A stretch of DNA of 64,000 nt from NCBI GenBank assembly GCA_050014495.1, contig JBEKDF010000001.1, forward strand, positions 96,001-160,000, in the 5' to 3' direction. Position numbers and translations under genes: made by a program. This DNA is from Candidatus Bathyarchaeia archaeon (GTDB lineage Archaea > Thermoproteota > Bathyarchaeia > TCS64). Of this stretch, positions 10,488-21,712 are shown piece by piece. The notes beneath the pieces were generated by a model. That model did no database searches and was not told the DNA's origin. It saw only the letters and a program-made list of their open reading frames with translations. How positions within the stretch are numbered: the first letter of the stretch is position 1; each line of letters begins with the position of its first letter.

Positions 10488-10901
10488 TTATTGTTTTGGC
10501 TCTTCTTTGAGCTTTTCGGTAACAGGTTCTGTTACCTTCTCCGCCTTCTTCTTTCCCTTGGTCTGGCTAACAATAGAGAGGTTGATGAACTTAGATTCCA
10601 TGCTTAATGTATTCCCACGAATTACCTTCCTTCTCCTTTCCCCTTCGGACTTCGGATGAAATCCAACTCCGCCACTCAATATGACGTGTGACTTGGCGGT
10701 TCCGTGTATATCAGGGCGCATGGGTATGCCATCCTTATCGGTTCCACCAGTTATCTTTAGTATATATCCTGCCATATTAGCGACAGAACCATCAACTTCC
10801 TCGCCTATCTTTTTGCCGATGAGTGGCGTCATCCTAGCGTCTTCTAATTCGACCTTCTGGCTTTTTCCTGTTGAGGGGTCGGACACGATCAATAGTGGCA
10901 T
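10488..10901 (-). CDS. rps6e: 30S ribosomal protein S6e
   Basis: SDP.TGK, LKITGGTDKDG.PMRPD, GERRRK.IRGN. Confidence 0.95.
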   Translation of the reverse strand: MPLLIVSDPSTGKSQKVELEDARMTPLIGKKIGEEVDGSVANMAGYILKITGGTDKDGIPMRPDIHGTAKSHVILSGGVGFHPKSEGERRRKVIRGNTLSMESKFINLSIVSQTKGKKKAEKVTEPVTEKLKEEPKQ

Positions 10902-10913
10902 TGTTCTTCTCTC

Positions 10914-12692
10914 CTATATGGCCCAGAGTGGGTCCTTCTTCCTTTTTATTTCGACGAGTTCCGCGAGGGCCTTGTTGGCGTTCTCAGTCAGACGTGTAGC
11001 GAACTTCTGTCGCAACGCTCTGGCATCTTTCTCCGGAACGTCCACGTAAAGGACATCTCGCTCTTTTATATGTCTACCGACGATGGGCGTAGGCATCGAA
11101 ACAGCGACTTCCTTGCCTTCCTCGGCCTTACTTATCGCAGCTCCTTGGTCCTGGATCTGTGTGAGGCGCCCGAGTCCCTCATTCTCCCTGTTGACCATTA
11201 TGGAGTTAGGAATTAGGATGCCTGCCTCGACGCGGACGCCAAAGATAGCTGGCTTTGCGCGGCGGAAGATGTAGCCGTCGAGTATCTGGATCTTGGCGGG
11301 TTGGACGAGAGTCTCGAACTCCTTTCGGGCTTTAGCTTCGCGCTCCCCCTCCATCCACTTGATATAGTCTTCCATCAGGTTGTAGATTATATCGTTTCTG
11401 AATACCTTTACACGTTGCTCATCGGCTTCAGTCTCGGCGTCAGGAAGGAGCTTGACATTGAAGGCGAGGATAGCACCATAGAGTGGTTCCTCGAATCGGA
11501 CTGAAGCAGATTCCATTACGTCTCGGCGACTAACGTCACCGATGTCCGCTAGGCGGATTGGAATGTCCCTCGCTCTGATGCTCTCAACAAGAGCCTCAAG
11601 GCTCCCCAGAGTATCTGTCTTCACTATTATACCAGTCTTATCGGTTTGTACTTTGACGCTCTCCATCTCCCTTACTATTTCGGCGAAGGCTTTCTCCTGC
11701 GTCATTTCGCCTCCAATGACAATGAGAGGTGAGCCTGGCAGTGCGTCCTCAATGTTGGGGGCTGATATTTTGATACCAGCTGCGGCTGGAACTTCTGTGA
11801 TAGTAGTGAATTTTTTCTTTGGGTCCCTGATCTCGTCAAGGGGTTGGGGCATGAGTAGGGCACGGATCTTCGTGGCTATCGGACCATTCTTGCCGCCGAT
11901 GACTATTGTATCCTCGGCCTTGAGGATACCATCGTAGATTATAGCATTGAGAGTGTGACCGAGACCAACCTCCTCACGGACCTCGAGTACAGTACCCTGG
12001 GCTCGGCCCTCAGTGACAGTAAGTTTATCCTGCATATACTGCTGTGTTAAACCGATGAGGACGGCGAGTAGCTCGCCAATGCCTTCACCCGTCTTGGCGC
12101 TGACGGGAACGATGGCGACGTTACGTGTGAAGTCGCGCACCCTGTCGAAACGCTCAGAGCTTATACCCTCCCGGCTGAGGACGCCCATCATGCTGTAGAG
12201 CCTGTTGTCAAGGTCCTCTTGGACAAGCTGCTGCTGTTCTGCATAAGTCTGAAGGAAGGCTTGGCCTTCCTTGGAGCGCCACCCCTCTATGCGATCTATC
12301 TTGTTAGCCGCAATTATGAAGGGTGTCTTTCTGCTCTTCAGTATTCTTAGGCTCTCATAGGTCTGGTTCTCAAATCCATGCATCACATCGACAACGAGAA
12401 TAGCGATGTCGGCAACGCTTCCACCGCGACGGCGAAGATTAGCGAAAGCCTCGTGACCTGGAGTGTCTACTACTAGTAGTCCAGGTATCTGAATATTGAC
12501 ATTGAAGTTCTTGACGAGTCTCTGAGTTATTGCCACAAGGGTCTCAAGTGGAAAATAGCTAGCGCCTATCTGCTGTGTCATTCCACCTGCCTCGCGTAGC
12601 TGAACAGCGGTACCTCTAATTTTATCGAGTAGGCTCGTCTTCCCTGTATCGACGTGGCCAAGCATGCATACGATAGGTTGGCGGATTGGCAT
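10914..12692 (-). CDS. infB: Translation initiation factor aIF-5B (IF-2)
   Basis: RQPIV.MLGHVDTGKTSLLD, EAGGMTQ, DTPGHEAF.NLR.RGGS, NKID. Confidence 0.97.
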   Translation of the reverse strand: MPIRQPIVCMLGHVDTGKTSLLDKIRGTAVQLREAGGMTQQIGASYFPLETLVAITQRLVKNFNVNIQIPGLLVVDTPGHEAFANLRRRGGSVADIAILVVDVMHGFENQTYESLRILKSRKTPFIIAANKIDRIEGWRSKEGQAFLQTYAEQQQLVQEDLDNRLYSMMGVLSREGISSERFDRVRDFTRNVAIVPVSAKTGEGIGELLAVLIGLTQQYMQDKLTVTEGRAQGTVLEVREEVGLGHTLNAIIYDGILKAEDTIVIGGKNGPIATKIRALLMPQPLDEIRDPKKKFTTITEVPAAAGIKISAPNIEDALPGSPLIVIGGEMTQEKAFAEIVREMESVKVQTDKTGIIVKTDTLGSLEALVESIRARDIPIRLADIGDVSRRDVMESASVRFEEPLYGAILAFNVKLLPDAETEADEQRVKVFRNDIIYNLMEDYIKWMEGEREAKARKEFETLVQPAKIQILDGYIFRRAKPAIFGVRVEAGILIPNSIMVNRENEGLGRLTQIQDQGAAISKAEEGKEVAVSMPTPIVGRHIKERDVLYVDVPEKDARALRQKFATRLTENANKALAELVEIKRKKDPLWAI

Positions 12693-12759
12693 AACAAGCA
12701 CCCGTCTAAATTCGCCTGTAGCTCCGCCTATTAACCTATCTGAGCCATCTAAAAAAGAA

Positions 12760-14943
12760 CTAAGCGACCCTCATGGTGGAGGGAGGCGAAGCCTTCCCGA
12801 ACATCACGGACTGGAGGCTCGTAGGCTTCACCTTTTCGAAGGCTACTTCGAAGTGGCGCTCGTAGATCTTGAGCTCTTCTATGTGCTTCTTCGCATCTTC
12901 GGCGTCGGGGTGGGCAGAGAGGTAGTCGTTTATGGCAGCGAGACTTGCTGCACTGCAAACCGCCGCGATCTCAGCGCCTGTGTACATCTCTGTCTGCTCT
13001 GCGAGTTTGTCCATACTCACATCCTCCGCTAGGGGCATCCCCTTAGTATGGATTCTGAGTATGGCCTTTCTCGCCTCCAAATCGGGGGGTGGAATATAGA
13101 GCATCCTATCAAAGCGTCCAGGTCTAAGGAGAGCGGGGTCGACCATGTCAGGCCGGTTTGTAGCTCCAATCACAGTGACATCCTTAAGCTCTTGGAGCCC
13201 GTCTAGCTCGGTGAGTATCTGACTTAACATCCTTTCAGTGACACCGGAGTCCCCAAGACTGCTACCCCTCCCAGGAGCCATTGCATCGATCTCGTCGAAG
13301 AAAATAATGCATGGAGCTGCTGTACGTGCCTTTCTAAAGATCTCCCTGACACCCTTCTCGGACTCGCCGACCCACTTGCTGAGGAGCTCGGGACCCTTGA
13401 TGCTGATGAAGTTAACACCACTCTCAGTAGCAACAGCCTTCGCGATGAGGGTCTTCCCCGTGCCAGGTGGGCCATAAAGGAGTATCCCCTTTGGGGGCTT
13501 CGCAGCTGTGTGCTCGAAGAGTTCTCTGAACTTGAGTGGCCACTCAACTGCCTCACGAAGCTCTTCCTTCGCTTCCTGAAGACCGCCGACATCATCCCAT
13601 CGGACGTTGGGGCTCTCGACAAGAACCTCTCGTAGGCTACTTGGGTGGACCTCACGCATGGCATCCTCGAAGTCCTGCATCGTTACGGTTATCTTGTTTA
13701 GGAGTTCAGCGGGTATGCTCACTTGACTGAGGTCGATCTCGGGGAGAATCCGGCGAAGACTACTCATAGCGGCCTCTTTACTTACCGACTCTAGGTCAGC
13801 GCCAACGAATCCATGTGTTCTGTCTGCAATTGTGTCAAGATTTACATCCTTGGCTAGAGGCATGCCACGTGTGTGTATCTGAAGTATCTGCAGACGTCCA
13901 TTACGGTCAGGGAGGCCTATTTCGATCTCTCTGTCGAATCTTCCTGGGCGTCGCAGGGCGGGGTCGAGGGCATTAGGGCGATTAGTCGCACCTATGACGA
14001 CTACCTTTCCCCTTCCCTCCAGACCATCCATGATTGTTAGTAACTGAGACACTATACGTTTCTCAACATCGCCGCTGACCTCCTCTCTCTTTGGTGCGAT
14101 GCTATCGATCTCGTCGATGAAGATTATGCTTGGAGCGTTCTCCTGTGCCTCCTTAAAGATCTCACGGAGTCTCTCCTCGGACTCCCCGTAGAATTTACTC
14201 ATTATCTCTGGTCCGCCAATGCTGTAGAAGTTTGCCTGGGTCTCGTTGGCGACCGCTTTAGCCAGTAGGGTCTTACCGGTGCCCGGGGGACCGTGTAGTA
14301 GAACACCCTTAGGGGCCTCTACACCGAGGCGCTCGAATATCTCGGGATGCTTAAGGGGGAGCTCGATCATTTCCCTGACCTTAGATATCTCCCTGTTAAG
14401 ACCTCCAATATCCTCATAGCTGATCTTGGGGACACTGCCTTGCGTCTTGGGAGCCTTGTCTGTGAACTCTATCTCAGTGTCCACGTCGATTATCACAGCG
14501 TCGGCTTGTGGCTGCACCGATGCGACGATTAGGTCGACGCGCCGCCCCATGATGTTTAAAGGAATGACGCTACCTTTTGATACGACTCGCCCCTCCAGTA
14601 ACTGCGTTAGATAGCCCTCTCCACCTTCGATCCTCAATGGCTCCGTAGGGTAGAGTGTGAGCTTCTCAGCTGGCCTCGCTTCGACCCGACGCACCGTGAC
14701 ACGATCATCAAGGCTGACACCAGCGTCGTTGCGCAGGTTACCGTCTATCCTGATTATGCCCTTTCCATAATCGTTCATCTGGCCAGGCCAGATGAGGGCG
14801 TACGCCTTCCTCTTGCCTGTTATCTCTACGACCTCACCGGCACGCCATTGGAGCTTGTTGACAAGCTCTGGGTCGACGACGGCTATTCCTCTGCCCGCAA
14901 CGTTCTGCGGTGCCTCAGCTACTCTAAGTGTAATATTTTCCAT
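12760..14943 (-). CDS. cdc48: CDC48/VCP family AAA+ ATPase
   Basis: N-domain plus two AAA modules ([27 protein letters not shown]). Confidence 0.95.
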   Translation of the reverse strand: MENITLRVAEAPQNVAGRGIAVVDPELVNKLQWRAGEVVEITGKRKAYALIWPGQMNDYGKGIIRIDGNLRNDAGVSLDDRVTVRRVEARPAEKLTLYPTEPLRIEGGEGYLTQLLEGRVVSKGSVIPLNIMGRRVDLIVASVQPQADAVIIDVDTEIEFTDKAPKTQGSVPKISYEDIGGLNREISKVREMIELPLKHPEIFERLGVEAPKGVLLHGPPGTGKTLLAKAVANETQANFYSIGGPEIMSKFYGESEERLREIFKEAQENAPSIIFIDEIDSIAPKREEVSGDVEKRIVSQLLTIMDGLEGRGKVVVIGATNRPNALDPALRRPGRFDREIEIGLPDRNGRLQILQIHTRGMPLAKDVNLDTIADRTHGFVGADLESVSKEAAMSSLRRILPEIDLSQVSIPAELLNKITVTMQDFEDAMREVHPSSLREVLVESPNVRWDDVGGLQEAKEELREAVEWPLKFRELFEHTAAKPPKGILLYGPPGTGKTLIAKAVATESGVNFISIKGPELLSKWVGESEKGVREIFRKARTAAPCIIFFDEIDAMAPGRGSSLGDSGVTERMLSQILTELDGLQELKDVTVIGATNRPDMVDPALLRPGRFDRMLYIPPPDLEARKAILRIHTKGMPLAEDVSMDKLAEQTEMYTGAEIAAVCSAASLAAINDYLSAHPDAEDAKKHIEELKIYERHFEVAFEKVKPTSLQSVMFGKASPPSTMRVA

Positions 14944-14975
14944 TTTTAATCCTCCTCAAAAACTGTTAATCAGGT

Positions 14976-15506
14976 TTATTTGACTATGATGTTGACACCT
15001 TTAGGTGGCTCTGGGCCTTTCTTCTTGAAGATGACCTGTAAGATGCCGTTTGTGTAGCTAGCATCGGCTGTGTTAGGGTCGACCTGTACGTCCAAAGGAA
15101 TCTCAGCGTTATACGGCGTCCCTGAATCATTCGTAGTGATGGTCACATGCTCCTCCGTAGCGTTAATCTTGATACCCGACTTATCGGCTCTTGGCATCTC
15201 TGCGATCACCTTGACCATTCCCCCATTTTCATCGATGGATATGTCCACGAGAGGCTCGCGAATGCCGAGCTGTTGACTACCCCCTGTTGGCTTTACATTA
15301 CCGAACTCCTTCACATGTGGCTTGCCATCAGAACCTATGTTGACCTGGTACCCGTAGTACCAAGTCTTTGCGTTAGGGTTCTTCTGCATCTCATTCCACA
15401 TCTTATTCCCGTTCTCATCGAAGTCCCAGAAGTCTCTGAGCATATCATCCCAGAGAGATTCGAATGGGTTTCTTCTTATTCTCCACGTCATGTTTTTCAC
15501 TGCCAT
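14976..15506 (-). CDS. hsp20: Archaeal small heat-shock protein Hsp20
   Basis: YYGY.V.IG.DGKP.V.EFGN, REPLVD, AEMP, A.Y.NGIL.V; start 15506 or 15491. Confidence 0.9.
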   Translation of the reverse strand: MAVKNMTWRIRRNPFESLWDDMLRDFWDFDENGNKMWNEMQKNPNAKTWYYGYQVNIGSDGKPHVKEFGNVKPTGGSQQLGIREPLVDISIDENGGMVKVIAEMPRADKSGIKINATEEHVTITTNDSGTPYNAEIPLDVQVDPNTADASYTNGILQVIFKKKGPEPPKGVNIIVK

Positions 15507-15538
15507 GGGTTGTGTATGGCCTCTTAATAAATATTGTG

Positions 15539-15565
15539 CCATAATGTCATATTTTTGACATATGG
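15539..15565. promoter_or_regulatory. Inverted repeat ATGTCA-N6-TGACAT in the hsp20/regulator divergent promoter
   Basis: CCATAATGTCA-tatttt-TGACATATGG just upstream of a minus-strand TTTATTAA box (~15524-15531). Confidence 0.5.
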
Positions 15566-15622
15566 TAATGTTTTAAAGGAAGTGTTATAAGTCTTAAATC
15601 GCCAGCTACGGGTGAAAGATAC

Positions 15623-16276
15623 ATGTCGGGGCACTCTAGCGTTCAGGACGTGGTACGGGTCATTGTGACCCGAAACCCGTACCTTTACCGCGGGTTAAGG
15701 ATGAGAGTAGTGAACTATAGTGCTCTCGCACGCTACATTCAAGGGGAGGTTCAGAGTGCCTTCGGCGACGAAGTAGATGCAAATACAATAGTCACGGCGA
15801 TCATGAGAGTGAGCAACCAGCTTATAGAACCCGAGGAGCCAAGAAGCCCATTGGCGGGCAGTAGGATTAATCTTGTGACTGGGATATCAGAGGTTCTGAT
15901 AAGAGCCCCACCCGTTAGACATACGGAGATCGTGGAGAAGATCGTGAAGCTGGGCGTCTTCGATAGCTACATGCTTAATCTTCACCAGACTCAGTTAGGA
16001 ATAAGACTATTCACTAACTCTAACGATGTTGGTAGGATCTCTGAGGAGTTGAAGACTGATGACGTTGAAATTAATAGTGGATACGCAGAGCTCCACCTCA
16101 GGATGCCCCCTGCGATGAAGGGTGTTGAGGGGTTGTTGACCATGATAATAGATGTCCTCTCCCAGAATGGAGTCCATGCAATAGAAGCAAATCTCGCTGG
16201 CGATGAGCTAAGACTCATTATAAGAGAAGACGATGCGGGTAGGGCCTTCGACTCGCTTAGGGCGATGTCGAGGTAG
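15623..16276 (+). CDS. ACT-domain-containing protein with N-terminal helical domain (putative regulator)
   Basis: VNYSALARYI N-terminus; C-terminal ACT-like G...II..L..NG.......EL.LII...DA.RAF..L. Confidence 0.65.
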   Translation: MSGHSSVQDVVRVIVTRNPYLYRGLRMRVVNYSALARYIQGEVQSAFGDEVDANTIVTAIMRVSNQLIEPEEPRSPLAGSRINLVTGISEVLIRAPPVRHTEIVEKIVKLGVFDSYMLNLHQTQLGIRLFTNSNDVGRISEELKTDDVEINSGYAELHLRMPPAMKGVEGLLTMIIDVLSQNGVHAIEANLAGDELRLIIREDDAGRAFDSLRAMSR

Positions 16277-16548
16277 ACGAGCTTACTCATTAAAAGGCCA
16301 TCGAGAAGGAAAACAGCTCATGAATGGACGATGACCCTCGTCTTGGGTGGCGAAAAAAGGGAGCGCGAGGAGTTATGGGGAAAGGTAAAGATCGCCTTGG
16401 AGACGGGAGTCTGGGCGCACACTGGCCATTCAATGAGGCCCTAAGGTACACAGGATTTGAATGATCTAAGAAAGATTCCCTTTTATTAGGAGTATTTTTC
16501 TAAAATCACATTTAAGGTCAAGACACGGATTCGGGTTTGGATTGTCTC

Positions 16549-17706
16549 CTAAGCTAGTAGAATCGCAAGTATACCGATAGAGGACACGATGGCGGTGACT
16601 TCAAAGGTCGTTTCTAACCCCCAGATCTGTGCCACACCACCGAGGATTAGGGGGCTGACTACGTTACTCACATTGCCGAAGCTCGAGTAAACACCCATCG
16701 CCGCTCCCCTGTGTTCCGGCGAAGCCTCCTGAGTGACATAGACGTTCCCTGAGGTAAGGAATACGCCATAGGTGAACCCAAGAAGAGCGAGGATTAGGAG
16801 TAACGCCAACAATGTGGAGGACATCGCTAAGGCGAAATACAGGCATGAGGACAGGGCTAGGCTCAACGTTATGAGCGTTAACGCTGTCTTCCCACGGGAG
16901 ACTGCACCAGCTGGGAACCTGATGACTGTCGACACGAGTCCCCGAACGGTGAAACACAATCCAATTTCGGAGGATGTAAGTCCAATGAAGACCCCATATA
17001 GGGGGTAGAACGTGATAAGTGAAGAATACATCAATGTGTTCACGAAGTTGGAAACACCAGCAGCAAAGATTCGCGCGTCCGAGATCGCTTCCCTGAAGTT
17101 CACTTTACTGACTGCTTGCGTGTTCCTAACGACTTCCTTCCCAGAGAAGAAGAGGCAGACGAGACCTGCGAATCCAAGTAGGCTGCTAATCATGAAGGCG
17201 GCGTAGTAATTCCATGTGGAGGAGGCGAAACCTCCAAGAATGGGGCCGAGGGTGAAGCCGGATCCCATCATCGTCATGTAGAGCCCCTGTAGTAGAGCCC
17301 GCTGCTTTTTTGGGGCCGCCTCGGACACCCAGATAAAGCCGATGCTGAAGGTAGATCCCTGTGCTATACCGAGGAGGAGACGAGCACCCAAGAGGTGAAT
17401 GGGTTCCCGAGAGATCGTGTAGAGCAGTGGTACAGTGATGAAGAGGACATAACCTAGCATCATGACGCCACGTCGCCCAATCCGATCGGATATGCTACCA
17501 ATGGGTATGCTGAGGAGGACCATCGCCACTCCGACTGCGGAACCGTATATCCCGATCATCTCGAGATTGGCCCCGAGCCCCTCTGCAAAAGCGGGGAATA
17601 TGGGTATCACGACACTGTGACTCGCGTCCGCGAAGAATATGGCCACACAGACGACAACGACCCCCCAGAAACTGCGCCTCTCATCAAGGGATAGATCTGA
17701 GAGCAT
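16549..17706 (-). CDS. MFS transporter
   Basis: About 12 hydrophobic segments; motif A GSISDRIGRR. Confidence 0.9.
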   Translation of the reverse strand: MLSDLSLDERRSFWGVVVVCVAIFFADASHSVVIPIFPAFAEGLGANLEMIGIYGSAVGVAMVLLSIPIGSISDRIGRRGVMMLGYVLFITVPLLYTISREPIHLLGARLLLGIAQGSTFSIGFIWVSEAAPKKQRALLQGLYMTMMGSGFTLGPILGGFASSTWNYYAAFMISSLLGFAGLVCLFFSGKEVVRNTQAVSKVNFREAISDARIFAAGVSNFVNTLMYSSLITFYPLYGVFIGLTSSEIGLCFTVRGLVSTVIRFPAGAVSRGKTALTLITLSLALSSCLYFALAMSSTLLALLLILALLGFTYGVFLTSGNVYVTQEASPEHRGAAMGVYSSFGNVSNVVSPLILGGVAQIWGLETTFEVTAIVSSIGILAILLA

Positions 17707-17886
17707 CTCACTGTAGGGTTGATAGAAGAGTTAAGAATCCTTGCCCCTGGCCTTCCTGCCTACTCTATAGTCACTCCTTGACCATAGCCCCCTCTAATTC
17801 TGAAAAGAGGAACTGGATGAGATGCATCGGAATAAGTACGGATCCAGGTACCCTTACCACGATAGCCTAATGTGCACGCGAAATGA

Positions 17887-17963
17887 TGGTGGGCCGGGCC
17901 GGACTTGAACCGGCGACCTCCGCGGTGTGAACGCGGCGTTCCACCAAGCTAGACTACCGGCCC
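17887..17963 (-). tRNA. tRNA-Val(CAC)
   Basis: GGGCCGG acceptor, CCGCG-TTCACAC-CGCGG anticodon arm, GCCGG-TTCAAGT-CCGGC T arm, encoded CCA. Confidence 0.95.
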
Positions 17964-18189
17964 ACAGCACCACTAGGGAACCCGACGCAATAAAATCCTT
18001 TTCGCCATCATAATATTCGCGACAGAGAACATTTTCGAGTGCGCGCTTACTAGATTAAACCGAAAACCGTTCAGTCTACGATTCGAAATGCACGCGCTCA
18101 ACGAATGAGAGATCAATCCGGCTTTTTTACTCAAAGGAATATCGTAGATAAGTTTAAAATATCTGAATGAGTTCCGCTAAGAGAACAAC

Positions 18190-18468
18190 ATGGTCGTAAA
18201 AGTCGCAACACCGGTCGAGATTGTCGACGGCATAAGCTTCCGTCTCAGGACCGACCAGATAGTTATCCTCGAAGGCCTGACCTTACCTGCTAAGAACACC
18301 GAACAGGAGAAGAAAGCAATGGCCAAGTTGGGTGAGCTGGTCTTAAAGAAAAAGGTCTCATTTGAAAGCCACAGCATAGACACCTTCGGCCGCACGAAGG
18401 CAGCTGTTAAGCTAGAGGATGGAACCGACATCAATAAGAAGATGGGAGAGTTCCTCGCCACACTATAG
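18190..18468 (+). CDS. Small thermonuclease (SNase)-like protein, probably inactive
   Basis: IVDG, V.L.G...P, A...L..LV..K.V, DTFGR..A.V...DG.DIN pattern; acidic catalytic positions replaced. Confidence 0.55.
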   Translation: MVVKVATPVEIVDGISFRLRTDQIVILEGLTLPAKNTEQEKKAMAKLGELVLKKKVSFESHSIDTFGRTKAAVKLEDGTDINKKMGEFLATL

Positions 18469-18547
18469 AATCAACACAGGCGCAATAATCATTATACTCG
18501 TGGTTTCTCCCAGAAATCGTTAAACCCCCAACAACCACCATCCATCC

Positions 18548-19657
18548 ATGAGCGAGTTCAACCACCTGAGGACTAATGAACTTATATCAAGTCTTAGAAA
18601 AGACGGGTTCGACGCCCTAATACTTTTCCCAGGCCCAAACATGGCCTACTACACCGGCTTCAATATTGGATTAAGTGAGCGACTGGCTTCCGCTCTCATC
18701 CCGATGAACGGAAAACCCACATTTATCGTCAACAAGCTCGAGGAGGAGCTCCGGGGTCAGACACCCTGGTTTAAGGAGAAGGCCATCTGGCTCGAACAGG
18801 AGGACCCAATTGCCATCCTCGCGGAAACGATGAAGGATCGGGGCCTGGTCTCGGCGAAGATCGGTGTACCCGAGGATGCCCCATGGGGCTGGGTGAACAG
18901 GCTTCAAGCTGCTCTCCCAGGGGTACAGCTTGTTGATGTCTCAGACTATGTCAGCAATATACGTATGGTGAAAACGCCCCAGGAGCTTGAATGGATGACG
19001 ATGGCCTGCCATGTAGCTGACATGGCATTAGAGGCCAGTTTCAGTAAACTGCATACGGACATGACTGAGAAGGAGCTTAGCGAAACCCTCAGCGAGGAGA
19101 TGAGTAGACTCGGAGGAGGTCAGACTTTCACAGGTGTGCTCTTTGGAGAGCGGGCCGCGCTTCCGCATGGTAACCCGGGTGATAGACGCCTGAAACAGGG
19201 AGAAGCGATCCTAGTCGACATGGGCTGCACAGTAAATGGTTATTGGAGCGACATAACGCGAACAGTATTCTACGGTGAACCAAGCCTTAGGCAGAGAGAA
19301 CTATATGACATTGTCCTACGAGCCAATAGAGCAGCATTCGAGGCGGTGAGGCCAGGCGTTACTAGCCAGTCCGTCGACGAGGCCGGCAGGAAGATAATAG
19401 AGGACTCTGGGTACGGGAGATACTTCATTCACCGCCTCGGTCATGGCGTGGGTCTGCAGGTCCACGAAGCCCCATACATCGTACTTAACAACAGACTCAG
19501 ACTCGAGCCGGGCATGACATTCAGCGACGAGCCGGGTATTTACATTGTTGGTGAGCTTGGAATAAGGGTCGAGGACACCCTGGTCTGTACCCATACAGGG
19601 TGCGAGAGCCTCACCAAGTTCAATAGGAACTTTCTCACGTATCCAGTGAAGGACTAA
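18548..19657 (+). CDS. Xaa-Pro peptidase (M24B)
   Basis: PHG, DMG...GYWSDITRT, HRLGHGVG..VHE, EPGIY, GIRVED. Confidence 0.92.
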   Translation: MSEFNHLRTNELISSLRKDGFDALILFPGPNMAYYTGFNIGLSERLASALIPMNGKPTFIVNKLEEELRGQTPWFKEKAIWLEQEDPIAILAETMKDRGLVSAKIGVPEDAPWGWVNRLQAALPGVQLVDVSDYVSNIRMVKTPQELEWMTMACHVADMALEASFSKLHTDMTEKELSETLSEEMSRLGGGQTFTGVLFGERAALPHGNPGDRRLKQGEAILVDMGCTVNGYWSDITRTVFYGEPSLRQRELYDIVLRANRAAFEAVRPGVTSQSVDEAGRKIIEDSGYGRYFIHRLGHGVGLQVHEAPYIVLNNRLRLEPGMTFSDEPGIYIVGELGIRVEDTLVCTHTGCESLTKFNRNFLTYPVKD

Positions 19658-19661
19658 AGAT

Positions 19662-20012
19662 ATGGACTTCCTAGCCCCATCGACTATAGCAGGCGCTGTC
19701 CTCATTGCGCTGGGACTCTACTATATAATATTCTGGTGGAGCTACTGGAAGGTAAACTATAAGGGAAAACTAGTCACTGGGGGACCATATATGATCGTGA
19801 GGCACCCCTACTATCTCGGCTTTCTACTCCTGACTACCGGCCTAGTCGTCATCCTACCCCTCGTCGAGACCATAGGTCTCGCCCTTGTATCATGGGGCGT
19901 CATACTATCTCAGATAGGCAAGGAGGAGGAGGAGCTCATCAAGAAGTATGGTAGTAAGTATCGAGAATACCAGAAGCGAGTAAAGTGGCGCTTGATCCCC
20001 GGCTTGTATTAG
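19662..20012 (+). CDS. Isoprenylcysteine carboxyl-methyltransferase/PEMT family membrane protein
   Basis: LVTGGPY..VRHP.Y, EE..L...YG..Y.EY...V..RLIPG. Confidence 0.85.
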   Translation: MDFLAPSTIAGAVLIALGLYYIIFWWSYWKVNYKGKLVTGGPYMIVRHPYYLGFLLLTTGLVVILPLVETIGLALVSWGVILSQIGKEEEELIKKYGSKYREYQKRVKWRLIPGLY

Positions 20013-20048
20013 CAACCGATTTCTATTCAACCAACTATAATCTCCACG

Positions 20049-20702
20049 ATGAGCGAACTCGTAGACTACTATAGACAGAGGGCAAAGGAGTATGAGGATG
20101 TCTACTACGGGACGGACCCCCACCGTCAGGAGGAGCAAGCTTTGATGGCGAATACTATGAAGACTTCACTTGCCAAACGAGATGTCCTCGATATAGCATG
20201 CGGCACAGGTTGGTGGGATCGAATCCTGTCAGAGACCGCCAAGAGTATAACGGGGCTCGATATAAACCGAGATGTACTCAAGATCGCCAAGACTAAGGAA
20301 TACATGTGTACAACGCGGTTCCAGGTCGGGGACGCTTATGAGCCACCCTACCAAAGTGCCAGCTTCGATGGAGCCCTCGCCACCTTCTGGCTCAGCCACA
20401 TCCCTAAGGCGAAGCTGCATGGATGGATCGATACCCTCCACAAGGTGCTGAAGCCTGGGTCGAAGATCTTCATTGCGGATAACACGAACATACCAGGCAT
20501 CGGGGGTCCACTAGTCACCAAAGAGGGGGATGAGAACACATACAAGCTCCGGACCCTCAAAGACGGCAGCCAGCACATGGTCCTTAAAAACTATTACTCG
20601 ACGAGTGAACTCATAGATATATTCGGGAGGCATGTGGAAGGCTTCAGTGAGGGAAACACTTTTCATGGTCACTGTTTCTATTGGGTTGATTACGAGATCT
20701 AG
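20049..20702 (+). CDS. Class I SAM-dependent methyltransferase
   Basis: [11 protein letters not shown]......WLSH, LKPG. Confidence 0.88.
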   Translation: MSELVDYYRQRAKEYEDVYYGTDPHRQEEQALMANTMKTSLAKRDVLDIACGTGWWDRILSETAKSITGLDINRDVLKIAKTKEYMCTTRFQVGDAYEPPYQSASFDGALATFWLSHIPKAKLHGWIDTLHKVLKPGSKIFIADNTNIPGIGGPLVTKEGDENTYKLRTLKDGSQHMVLKNYYSTSELIDIFGRHVEGFSEGNTFHGHCFYWVDYEI

Positions 20703-20860
20703 GTCTTCACCCTGAAGGCTTCCTTGGGAGCCCCACAGATAGGGCAGACCCAGTTATCGGGAACCTTCTCAAAAGGCGTGCCCGGAGCTATGCCGGATGG
20801 GGGGTCTCCCTCGGCAGGATCATAGATGTAACCACAAACAGTGCACTCATATTTTTCCAT
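20699..20860 (-). CDS. Rubredoxin (53 aa, not in ORF track)
   Basis: Manual translation [53 protein letters not shown]; two CxxCG motifs. Confidence 0.95.
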   Translation of the reverse strand: MEKYECTVCGYIYDPAEGDPPSGIAPGTPFEKVPDNWVCPICGAPKEAFRVKT

Positions 20861-20953
20861 GAATAGAATCTAGCAACGCCCTGATTTAAAGGAGAGTGTA
20901 GGAGGGGAAGAGTCGGAGATTTGACTATTTAAAAAATTGAAGAGTGGAGTAGA

Positions 20954-21712
20954 TTACTCCTTGATGGCGCCGATGTCGTGGACCTCGACAGCTCCAAGGT
21001 ACATCTCGTTGAGCTGTGGGTGGTTCGCCAAGACTTCAGCACTACCAACGAAGGTAAACCTGCCTCCTCTCATCATGTATGCTTTGTCACCGACCTGAAG
21101 GGCGCGCTTAGCGCGTTGCTCGACTAGAACGATGGGTAAACCCGTTGTCTTAGCCATCTGCTCGAGCTGCCTCATGACGTCGTTGACTAGCTTAGGCATT
21201 AGTCCTGCGGTTGGTTCATCTACCATCATCAGTTTGGGGTCCCTCATTAGAACCATGCCCTCGGCGAGCATTTGGCGCTCACCACCGCTCAATGTGCCCG
21301 CTGCGCGTGGCATGTAGTCCTTGAGTCTTGGGAATAGGTTGAATACGAACTCGAGTTTATCGGAGTACATCTTGGTGTTGTTCACCGTGTAAGCCGCCAT
21401 CTTGAGGTTGTCCTCAACTGTTAGTTTGCTGAAGATGTTGCCTGTCTGGGGCATGTATCCTATACCCATCTTTGTCCTCTCATAGGGTGGGATCCTCGTT
21501 ATGTCCTTCCCTTGAAAGAAGACTTGCCCGGAGTATATAGTCGCGAGGCCCATTATTGCCTTCAGGAGAGTGGTCTTGCCGACGCCATTGGGGCCGACGA
21601 TAACAGTTACTTCACCATCTGGAACCTCGAAGTCCAGATCGTAGATAACGTGGATTGGGCCGTAGCCGACATTTAGTCCCTTAGTCTCTAGTATGTTACC
21701 CACATTACTCAC
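20954..21712 (-). CDS. livF: Branched-chain amino acid ABC transporter ATPase (LivF-like)
   Basis: GPNGVGKT, LSGGERQMLA, DEPTAGL, LVEQ. Confidence 0.88.
   Translation of the reverse strand: MSNVGNILETKGLNVGYGPIHVIYDLDFEVPDGEVTVIVGPNGVGKTTLLKAIMGLATIYSGQVFFQGKDITRIPPYERTKMGIGYMPQTGNIFSKLTVEDNLKMAAYTVNNTKMYSDKLEFVFNLFPRLKDYMPRAAGTLSGGERQMLAEGMVLMRDPKLMMVDEPTAGLMPKLVNDVMRQLEQMAKTTGLPIVLVEQRAKRALQVGDKAYMMRGGRFTFVGSAEVLANHPQLNEMYLGAVEVHDIGAIKE

Noticed and set aside
16331..16444. 37-aa ORF after the ACT-domain gene
   Set aside because: No recognisable motif; too short to support
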